DNA of 64,000 nucleotides from Euglena gracilis (taxonomy: Eukaryota): positions 34,507,737-34,571,736 of the forward strand of contig CP154954.1 in the NCBI GenBank assembly GCA_039621445.1, read 5' to 3'. Below the pieces are notes generated by a model. It did not search any database and was not told the origin of the DNA. It saw nothing but the letters and a program-made list of their open reading frames with translations. Made by a program: the position numbers and the translations under genes. Numbering within the stretch: position 1 is the stretch's first letter; each line of letters begins with the position of its first letter. Positions 35,401-45,374 of the stretch are shown here, piece after piece.

Positions 35401-35585
35401 GTGGGGCAGTTGGTGGAGAGAACCACCTGCAGATCGGGCTGCATATCTGGGCACGGGAGAGACACAGGAGTGCCATTCCCGAGGGGTTGGTGCGGTGAAG
35501 AGGGGAGTGGGACGGAGGGGTGTGAAGAAGCGTGGACGGCCGAGGCACCCTGGTGGGGGCATTGGCAACGGGTTTGTGTTTGAGC
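32402..35585 (-). mobile_element. E4: 5'-truncated CRE-like retrotransposon with uninterrupted RT-RLE, tail-to-tail with E3
   Basis: ORF 32580-~35580. The 3' UTR stops at ..CACTCAAAATCC, just where module A would begin. Confidence 0.9.
32580..35580 (-). CDS. E4 reverse transcriptase + CCHC + RLE
   Basis: GSAPGPSGLRP; RPIAVGDCLRR; DVSNAFN; GVHQGD; WYLDD; CPLC..GDHLLAC..RHN; RDADLLL..VDVTI. Confidence 0.93.
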
Positions 35586-36685
35586 TTTTTTTTTTGATTG
35601 GGAATGCAACCTGCCGAACGGTGGTGGGGCGAACCGAATCCACCGACCAGTGGCACAGCCTACTGGATTTGAAGAGTTCAGGGGAGTAAGGCTATGTACA
35701 GAGGCAACAGTCTGTGCACGCTGGTGAAGGGAGGGAAGGTAAAAGGGGCGAGCAAAGAGAACAGTATAAGGCGCGAGGTGAGGCCGCTGTTGATCAGCTT
35801 CCGGAGTCCTTCGTCCACGTGAGTCAGAGTGGTTGGGCAAATGGTTCCCATACTCCCCGGTACGGGAAAATTCCGCATGGCCGTTTCTGGCCTCCCGCCG
35901 CATTTCGGCGGGACGAGGACCGCTTTTTCGGGTCCGCCGCCCTCGAAAACCCCCCTTGTGGACATCTGAGCGGGCTCCACCGGGTCTTCTGAATGAAGCA
36001 ACTGTGATGGCCGATACCGGAGGGCAGTAGTTCCCGTGTACCACGGACTCCAACAAAGTACTCAACAAGGGTCGAAACCTCCAAAGAGCATTTTGAGTGC
36101 AACAGCAATTTTTGCAGTCTTTTCGCAAGTGGATATGGCGGACTTCTGATCATAATGGCGGGCCCTTCGCCCAACACCCTTCCGACCGGGAGGGAATGAC
36201 ATGGCACTAATCCGGGAATCGTCGTGGGAGTCTTTGGGGCAAAAAGTCCACATGTTATGTTTTGTTCGCTTCTCATGCCTTCGGTGATGATGATGATGTC
36301 GATGGCTGGTCCGGGGCTGACCTCCCGGGCTGCTGCTCCAGGGCTGATCTCCTGGGCTCGTTGGGGGTTGGGGGGCTCACCCCTTTGGTTGGCATGCTGG
36401 GGGTTGCAAGGCTTGTTCTCTTGCCCCCGGTGCCGTCGAACGCTGCGGGGCTGTGTCTCCCGCTGCTCTGGAGCTGTGGGGCTTGGCATCCCACAGGAAT
36501 CAAGCTGGTTTGTCAAGTAGAGAACTGGTCACGATCAACAGTTGCAAAGGAGTGGAAGTAGTCGATGACTTCAGAAAGCAATATCTTGAAACTTCAGATA
36601 CCCAAGGTAAATAATAATGCTTGACCCCGACCCCGGGGCTTTCAAGACAAGTTATGCGGAAGACGAAAAAAAAATAGACACTCAA
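35586..36685 (-). mobile_element. ~1.1-kb non-autonomous retroelement: SL 5' end, no RT, E2-type 3' UTR, module A, A10 tract
   Basis: SL at 36664-36685; 35604-35838 is nearly the reverse complement of 24767-25002; T10 at 35586-35595. Confidence 0.75.
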
Positions 36686-37851
36686 GTATGTTTTGGTGGT
36701 ACCCCGCGGTGGTGGGGCGAACCGAATCCACCGACCAGTGGCACAGCCTACTGGATTTGAGTGTTCGAGGGTGCGAGGCTATATACAACGAAGGAGCGTG
36801 GGTCGAGCGGTGAGAGCAAGGGCAAAGCCCAAGCAGAGAGTGATGATGGGTGGAGAGGTGTGAAGTGTGCATGCGCGGTGGTGTTCTCCGGCTTTGTGGC
36901 TCCGGAAAGCTGGTGCAACGGGGAGCATTTTCACCTTACGAGTTCAGGATCATACGATCTGTGGCTCTTTCGGCCAACCGCAGCTGCCGTGCAACTGCAC
37001 GGGCCAGGGTGATGGCCAGGTTTTCGGTCAATTCCTGAAGTTTTCGTTGTTTGGCTGTTCCAGAATATGAATTGGTCGCGAGGCGTAAGACATCGCGTAG
37101 CAGTTTGGAGGCTGCCGGTCCTGTGCAACCCCAGGGGTTAAATGCAGCCCCGATGTACTCCCACTGGTGGCGGGCGCACCGTTCTTCAGCTTGTGTTCTC
37201 TTGTGCATTTCAGCGTCTGGTAAAGTGCGCTGAACTCGGGTCAAGTTCAGAGGCCACCGTGATGGGGCCAGCGGGTGTTCAATGGTGACATCCACAGCGA
37301 GATGCTTCCCTTTGTTCCACCCCAGGAGAAGGAGATCAGCGTCACGGGTGCCACCCTCGCATCCCTGTTCTTTGCGAAGAGTGATGCCGGAGCGCTGGCA
37401 CAGGTCAAAAATGGCGTCACGAACACAGTTGTGCCTTTCTGTTATGCCATTCCTTCTGCAAGCCAGGAGGTGATCGCCAAATGGATCGACTGCCTCAGCA
37501 CACAGGGGGCACAGGAGCATGTCCGTTGTTGGGATCAGGGGTAAGCCAGTCCAGAAGCGTAGAAGCAGTCTGTATTCGTCCGGAGCCAGGACGGTATTCA
37601 CCGACCTGGATGGTAAGACGGTCATCCAATTTTGAAGGAAGGCAGAGGGTTGGCAACGAAGCCTGGCAATGTCCCGAAGAGGTGCACCCTCCTCCAAAGT
37701 TGCCACGCGCACGGCGTGGAAACTTTCGGCCCACCACGATTGAGTGGAGTGATCTGGGGTGGAACAGGCCAAGGAAGAAGGGTTGGCGATCCAGGAAGCC
37801 AATGGTTCGCTGTGTGGGCCCAAAGTGTCACGAGCCAGTTTGGCGACGGGG
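36686..37851 (-). mobile_element. E4b: 5'-truncated E4-family copy (RLE + 3' UTR) inserted in an SL exon, 12-bp TSD TTGAGTGTCTAT
   Basis: ORF 36936-37859 is nearly identical to the E4 C-terminus; ATAGACACTCAA at 36674-36685 and 37852-37863. Confidence 0.88.
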
Positions 37852-38433
37852 ATAGACACTCAAAATTTTTTTTTTGGAATAAAATTATATAATTCGAGTT
37901 CACGGTGGGTAGCACAGCTTCACCCTGACCGTGCCCCGGGCCCAGGGAAACGTCTCTTTTGGCCCTCGCCACAAGGAGAACCTCCTCATGACTCCCTGTG
38001 CCGCCACAGGTCGCGGGTTGCTATACTGAGGAGTTTTACAAAGAGGTGTTCGGTGACTGGGTGAGAGGTAAGTGGAAAATGAGCGAGGCTCATCTTCAAT
38101 ATATAAAGTGCATGGGAGGGGCGTGTGTGTTCTGGTGTTGCCTTCTTTGGCGTGTTAGTGTCGGTACTGCTGCGTGTGGAAAATGAGCGAGGCTCACCTT
38201 CAATATATAGTGCTCGGGGTAAGGGGTGTGTGGCATTTGTTGCCTTCGTTGGCGTGTTTGTGTCGGTCTGCCTTCTTTGGTGTGTATGTCTCGCGTGGAA
38301 GTGGTTGTGTGGCGAAAGGTGGTTGTGTGGCGCATGTACAGACTGCCGGTCTGTTTGCCCTTTTGTTCAGTGGATTGGATTGTATCATGTTGGGACAACG
38401 GTCTTGTTTGCACAGTCTGCGGTGGAATGGGGT

Positions 38434-41400
38434 TTATTTAGTTTGAGTAGGGAGAGTGAGAGCCTCGGGAGGAGTTGTCGCCATTCGTGGATGGTTCAGT
38501 GTAGAAGCACCACACGAGTTGTTTGATATCTCTTTGGCCAGTGTCAGGGAGAGGCCTTGCCAGACCTCTGCTTCGGCTTGGCGTTGCTGCCAACCTTCCC
38601 GCTGCCCTAGCAGGGCTTTCAGGAGGGTGGACATCAGTGTGCGGCCTTCCTGCCCCAGTCCCCCGAAACAGTCAAGCACAAAGGCATTAAGCCGCCATCC
38701 CCGCCTTGCACAGGCAGCATCATATTTCCGGTGTTTTTCGGCTTCTTGCCTCTCCTGCCAAGCTTGCAGTTGGGTGGAACGACCTAGAGGGTTGCTTGGA
38801 ATTTGGGTGTGGCGAATGGTGACGTCGATTGCCACGGGTCCGTCACTGTCCAGTCGAGGAATAAAAACATCACCGGGGCGGGTGTTGTCATCAGCCCGTT
38901 GCTCTTTCTTGGCTTGGAATCCACATCGTTGCGCAAGGGAAGTGAGAAAGTCTTGGACAGCCGTGTGCCGCTTGTAAAGGTTGTTGAATTTGCAGCACAA
39001 TAGGTGATGACCCGTAACATCCACATTCCCTTGGCATTTGGGAAAGAGCAAGCCAGTGGTGGAGGCAACGTCGCTCAATGGCATACCAATGTTCCACCGA
39101 AGGAGACAGCGGAATTCGGCTGAAGGCAAGAGGGTGCGTGTGGCAGTGCTCGGTGTGGCTGCAGCCCACGCCATCGCATGGGGCTGGCATTGGCTCGCGA
39201 ACCGGACTTGATCCTGTGGCGGCAATTGTCGGGTAAGTAGCGCTTGTCGTGCAGTGGAAAATTGGCCGTTCCACCATTTCTGAGATGTGTGGGGGCTCTG
39301 AGCGTTTTGGATTAGAGACAAGTCCTCCAGCCATTGTGGAAGGGGAGCTGTGGTTCCGAGGGTGGTGGAAGCGTCTCGCAAACAATCTAGGGTGTCTGCA
39401 GGATCACGGGGGAACACTGATGGGATTCCCAGTGTCTCCGGCCCCCAGCGAAAGTAATCAATGATGCCGGCAATTCGAGCGGGCAAGCGGATGTGGCTGG
39501 GGTCTGAAAGGCCAAGTCCTCCCAAGCGAATTGGTAGGCAGATTTGCTCCCATTGTTGTGGTGTGCACGGGCCGCCAAGCAATCCTTCAAAACAGTTCCG
39601 CAGGATTGTGCTGAAAGCTGCACACTCCGGGCGCCCCTGGGTGTATGAGGTTGCTCGTAGAAGGTCGTTTACCTTACCAGAGGTGAGGCAATAACGTAAA
39701 ATAGTGAATTGGAGGTGCGCCTGGGGTAGCTTGGAAAGAGATTGGCACGCCTCCATAACACCGTTCACACGTTTCCTCCAAATCTGACGGGCAAATGCAT
39801 CGCCTTCTGGATGGCACAGTGGGACCCCGAGAACTTTGAGGCCTGAGTCCTTCAGAAACGGCACAATGGGTACTTGGCGAAGTGGGCTGTCGCCCGGGAT
39901 TCCATCTGGCAGTGTGCCTCCGCAACTGGAGGTGAAGGCCGGGCCCCACAGATTGCACTTCGCAAGGTTCACCACCAATCCCCGTTTGCCTGCTTCATGG
40001 ATCAGTGTGGAGAGTGCTGTGTGAAGCTGCATCGGCGAACCCAAGAGATGGCCATCGTCCAAGTACCACCCCTGCCATTCGACTTTGGTGGACAGCTCCT
40101 CCAGGACATCCTGCAGTCCCCAAGCAAATAGCGCTGGGCCACACGGGTCTCCTTGTTGGGCGCCTCTGGCGGAAGTGAGCATTTGCTTCCCACAAAAAAG
40201 TGTGGAATGTTGGCTGTAGCAGCTCTCGAGCCAGGGCATCGCAGGGGGACATCGGCGACGGACACTGTCCAAAGCGGACCCGCGGAGGAGGCTGTTGAAC
40301 GCGTTGCTCAAGTCTATTTGCAGAAGGCCCCACCGATCCTCCTTCTTGCGGAAGAGGTCATCGGTCATCTGTTGCTGGCCAATTGCGGTGAGGCTACAAG
40401 CATTGCGGACCCCTACACCGCTTTGCAAGGGACAGAGGTCTTTGAGGGTCTGTGTGATGGCTTGGTGGTGCATGAGTACCTTGGCCACAAGGCGTCTGAG
40501 GCACTCCCCTGCGGCGATTGGTCGGGTTCCCTCTCCAGCTGCAGCTGCGCCATTACCGTTGTTTGGGGAGGGGGCGGCCTTTCGGAGCGGTGTGAGTGTG
40601 GCAGATGCAAGAATTGGTGCCATGTGAGGATGGACACCCTTTGAAATGCAGTCGCAAATGAAGAGATCCAAGGTTTCCAACAGGTCTTCCGCCCGGGAGC
40701 CTGGCAGGTCAGCGAGCATGCTCCGCAGATGGTCTGGCCGCAGGCCGGAGGGGCCTGCGGCGGAGTCCTTCGGGAAAGAGCAGATAGCCTTGCGGAGGGC
40801 CACCGTCCTTTCGCGGAGAGATTCCGCATCCCGGGGGAACTGCAATTTGTGGGAGGGATCCCAAGGACCAAAGCCGGGAGGTTCCTCATGAGGATGGAGG
40901 GCCTGAAGTTGCGCCATCACATTTGGGTCAGAAGAATCACGAACCCCATCAGAGGTCAGCACGCGGCAGGCTTTCGAGATTGCCCCATGTCCCACGAGAG
41001 TGCTCACACGATTCACCATTCGCTCCGTATCCAAAGCTTCTTCCCTTGCAGAAGCGGACCTAGTTCGCGGGGCTGGAGGCGGTAAGTCAGGCAACACAGA
41101 CTCCTCCCAACTATCAACGACCGGCCGTTGGAGGTACAACTTGGCGCGCTCAGCGACCTTGCGGCCGACCTGTGCCCAATGGGCCTTTCCACCGCGCTTC
41201 AGTGGGCAAAGCACTGCTTTTGGAAATGCCCAAAGATGGTGCAGGGTCCGCCATCAAGGATTTGCGTTAAAATTCCGGAGGAGGGTGATGAAGGTGCACG
41301 TGACCTGCACAACGGCACCACGAGGGATGTGGACCAGCGTCGGCCGGGTGTCCAAACCAATTTCTTCAAAAGAAGGCGACAGGGCTGCCCCGTCATCTGG

Positions 41401-41895
41401 GAATGCACTCGGGGAAACAGAGCAAGATACTCGGCGTTGTGTGCTGTCCTGTGAATTAGGCAACATGGCCACGTCCCCTTGGGACTGCGAGACAGGTTGG
41501 CCAGGGTTCCTTACTCCGGAACCGGCAGAAGGTATGGTACATGCTTGTTGAGGTTGTTGAGCGGCCGTCGATGAAGAGACAGCAGCTGGCTGAATGGACG
41601 GTTGCAATGGGGTTGGTGGTTGTGGTGACAGTAAAGTGGCGGGGTGGACTGTCCCCAGCAAGGGCAGGAAGGAATCAGCCTGGTGGCCGAGCAGCCATTG
41701 ACCACCGGCATCAAGGCCGGAGGCAGTCGGTGGGAAAGGGAGTTGGGGGAAAACCGGAAATGCGTTCATCGGAAACCAGGAGCCAGGGGCCGCGCCTGTT
41801 TGCGAGCATTGGGAGGCTGCCGACATTTCTACATCGTCGTTTGGGCCTGGGTTGGCCTCCACATCCCCGCATGTCAGGGCTTCTTCTCCCCTCCC
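38434..41895 (-). CDS. E5 2A + reverse transcriptase + RLE (frameshifted near 41214-41260)
   Basis: SAAGPSGLRP; DLSNAFN; GAQQGDP; WYLDD; LPIRLGGLG; RPGDV..IDVTI. The first Cys of the CCHC knuckle appears mutated (FPKC). Confidence 0.88.
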
Positions 41896-42564
41896 CGAAG
41901 GGACGTGTTCCACAACGAACGAGCCTGGAAGGGTGAGGTTTTCTGGCGCGACTTTTGCAGGCCAAGAAATTGGTGGAATACCTTGGCGTTGGGTGACTGG
42001 GACGTGAGGGCGTGGGCACAGAGTGTTTGGGGTTTGCCTTTTCAAGCCTTGGCTGACTGTTTGTGGGGGACTTTTCAGGCCAAAGTGGTGCAAAATGGTG
42101 TGAGGGTGGGGCCTTTGCAGGCCCAGGGAATTTACACACTGGGGGAAAATGGTGTCAATGGCAGGTTGGGGTGGCAAAGTGTTTTTGGTTGTCCAAACAA
42201 AACTGTTGCAAACATTGGAGCGGAAAGTAACACTCAATGGTTGGCAGATGGGGGGCCCTTGCAGGCCCAGGGCTTTTGCAAGCCACTGGGACAAAATGCT
42301 GCAGGTTGAAATGGTGTCACAGGGGGGCCATTGCTGTCCCAAGGAATTTGCACACATGGGAAAAAAGGTGTAAATGGGAGGTTGGGGTGGCAAAATGTTT
42401 TTGGATGTCCAGTCAAAACTGCTGCAGAATGTGTCACAGCTTTTGGTGTAACATGTGCTGTGAAAACTCAGGGTTTGCCATTGCAGTTGGACAGAAGATT
42501 GGGATGCAATGCAGAAAACAGAAGTGAACACAATGGAGCTGAAAGTAGCACTTAATGGTTGGCA

Positions 42565-42682
42565 GATGGGGGGCCTTTGCAGGCCCAATGGGGGGGGCCT
42601 TTGCAGGCCCAATGGGGGCCTTTGCAGGCCCAATGGGGGGGGCCTTTGCAGGCCCAATGGGGGGGGCCTTTGCAGGTCCAAT
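42565..42682 (-). repeat. Coding minisatellite, ~24-bp unit x5, in the E5 N-terminal region
   Basis: GGGGGCCTTTGCAGGCCCAATGGG repeats (GLQRPPPL in one frame). Confidence 0.85.
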
Positions 42683-43097
42683 AGGGACCAGCAGGGCTGA
42701 GAAGCCCAGAGAGTCAGCAGCATGTCGAACTTCGGGAGCTGTTGCTGTTGTTGGAGCTGCTGCTGTCGAACTTCTGGAGTTGCAGCTAAGGGCTGAAAAG
42801 CCCACTTCACCGGGTTCGTGTTCCGGAACTTTTCTCCGCCTTGGTCTGGTCTCTGAGCTTGCACTTGTCCTTGGACTTGACACCAGAACTTCTTGAACAG
42901 TACTTGTTGGAACTTGGAACTGCACCAGGGACTTGGACTTCACAAGTACTTGCAGCTTGAACCCCTCCAGGGGCTTTCACTTCTCGGCCATGTGATATGT
43001 CGAAAAAAAATAGACACTCAGAAACACTCAAAATCCAGTAGGCTGTGCCACTGGTCGGTGGATTCGGTTCGCCCCACCAAACCCGCGCCCAAGTGAA

Positions 43098-43132
43098 ACA
43101 AGCCAAGGCCCGGCCCGTGCTCACGCACGGGC
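43098..43132 (-). mobile_element. Possible Helitron-like 3' terminus (GC hairpin then CTTGT)
   Basis: GCCCGTGCGTGAGCACGGGC followed ~10 nt later by CTTGT; the same hairpin and end recur at 57168-57200. Confidence 0.45.
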
Positions 43133-45374
43133 AAAGGAATTTGTTTCCAGCCAAGCCAACGCGCAAGTTCTCGCGCCATGTTCGTCGCCGAAACACGCTT
43201 TGGCAGTTCCTAATTCTTTTTCCAGCTACTTCCAACAGTGTGTATGGTAGCATCACCAACTTTGAAGACGTTGACGGAGCGTTTCTATCACACGTGGATA
43301 TGCGAATTTGATTGCAAAGGCATCCTTGTTTCTTTTTTGCGTTGCATTGGAATCAAATGTAGATGTAGGTTACTTTATCTATTTAACTTCTGCAGGTTTC
43401 CAGCAAGAATTCAAAGTTTGCGTTACCGCTGAAGCTCGTGTTTTAGAAGACATAGAGAATGCCGATGTCAACGTTGCTGCTGGTTTTTGAAGATGACGAC
43501 ACTACTCTAAATTGCTTTCATCACTCCAAGTTGATTACGTTAATTGTTGATCGATGCATCCGCTGCCAGTGACTGGCAATGTTTTTTCCAGTGCCACGTT
43601 TGGGAAAACTGTTGGAAAAATGTTGGGAAAACTCTTCTGCATTGTGGTGTTTTAAATGTGGTTTGGTTGCTGTTTGTGACGGCGTGACTTTTCAAGAGCA
43701 ATGCCGATCTCAGTTGGAATCGATTATGTTTAAGGTTTTGACATTTGGCTGAAAAGGACTTGCACTTTTGTTTTCCAAAAGTAAAAAGCGTCCGTGATCG
43801 CAGAACATGCTTGGGTATCATGCAGTTTCTCGTCAACGTGATCCGGTTGCGCCGACAGGGGTCGCACGTGGCCGTGATTGAACTGAAGCAGTCCAGAATC
43901 TTGCCGACTGGTCATGGGGGTTTGAATTTTTTCGTCGGTCATGATTCACCCGTATCCCGTATCCGTACACTACGACGGCGACGGCACCCCGCAATTTTTT
44001 TTTTGTAGAAAGTCGTCGGTTAAAATTAGGCCGACCCGTGCGTCGGGGGTTTCAATAACCCGCATTTTTGGTCCCTGACAGGGCCAAAGTTGCCTGAAAT
44101 CGGCCCGGCTCTGAGTCTGAGTGCTGTGAATTTGTCCGGGTGGGTGACTCCGGCTCTTGGAAAAACTCAACCCAAAAACATTTGTCTTCCTCGCCCCCGA
44201 AAATTGCCCACCCCCTTCTTGCGCTTCGCCCTCGTGAACATTTCCTCCCGGGCCATCCTTCCGTGATCATTTGAAATCATTTCACGAAATATGGTCTAGT
44301 GAGTCTTTACGATTATATAAGTAACATCCTTTCTCTAATAAATGCCGCATATAACGTCCTTTCTCTAATACATGCCGCGTGCGTGCCCAACGTGGTCCCT
44401 GTCACAGTGAAAAAAAATTCAGTACCACTCAACCATTTTTTTCCCCGGAAAACCCCAAAAAATGGCCACGTTGGGTGCTTTGAGTCCAATCTTTTGGGGG
44501 TTGTTTTTGGATGCTGATGGGGTTTTGACTATTTTCAGGAAGGGGAGATTTTGAAGAATCTCCCTGGCGGTGTAACAAAAATTTGTCTGATCTTTGCGTA
44601 TCATAAACCCAAACGGTGTGAAAACGTTCGCTCCTATTTTCTTGCTCCTGTTTCCTGTGTTTTTTGGCACATTTGCTCCCATTTCTTCTGTTTTTTCTTT
44701 GGCACAAAGCAAAAAAAAGCAAAAAAAAACAACAATGAAATGCAACAATTATTTTGACACAATCGCCGCATGTGTTGTATCCCATCAAAAACTGCTCAAT
44801 TGAACCTGCGGAATCAAAAAAAATACGAAAAAGGCAACCAAAGAATAATCTGCGGGGGGGGGGGGGGGGGCCAAAATTTCCAACCGGGGGCAGCCAAAAT
44901 TTCCAACCGTAATTTTAAGAAAACCCAGGGTGGGTCACAAAAACCGGGGGGGGGGGGGGGCAGCCAAAATTTCCAACCGTCATTCTGAAAAAAGACCGGG
45001 GGGGAGGCAGCCAAAAATTACAACCGTAATTCCGAAAAAAATCCCAGGGGGGTGGCAAAATTTCCAACCATAACTCTAAAAAAAAAAAAACCCAGGGTGG
45101 GTTAAAAAAAAAGCCAAGGGGGGGCAGCCAAAATTTCCAACCGTAATTCTTAAAAAAACCCAACGGATCTGAAAAAACCCAGGGCAGGGGGGGGGGGTGG
45201 CAATTGAAAGTTGCAAGCATGCATTTCCAGACTAATTTCACATTAACAGTAGTTGCATAATGAATGCAGGAACCAACCATGTCACCCTGCAAGTTTGCAT
45301 GGGTGGATGGGGAACAGCACGCAAGGCCGGTTTGGGCCCGGCGCCGCGGAAGGCAGCCAAAAACCCAGGGGGGG

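Larger units (their letters stand above)
37866..43024 (-). mobile_element. E5: CRE-like retrotransposon with SL 5' end, one 2A, RT-RLE, 3' module B and poly(A)
   Basis: SL at 43001-43024, ATG at 42991; 2A GRGEEALTCGDVEANPGP at 41842-41895; ORFs 41254-42864 and 38434-41214; T-tract at 37866-37876; ACACTCAAAA on both flanks (37856-37865, 43024-43033). Confidence 0.9.

Noticed and set aside
35580-36128. N-terminal ~180 aa of the 1182-aa ORF as a real domain fused to RT
   Set aside because: It reads through the neighbouring element's 3' UTR, module A and A-tract; this is a chance open frame across a junction.
36320-36360. EISPGA/EVSPGP as further 2A motifs
   Set aside because: They lack the GDxExNPG core and the GRG leader.
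43200-43960. Possible transposase or host exon remnant
   Set aside because: Only short ORFs with no recognisable motif.
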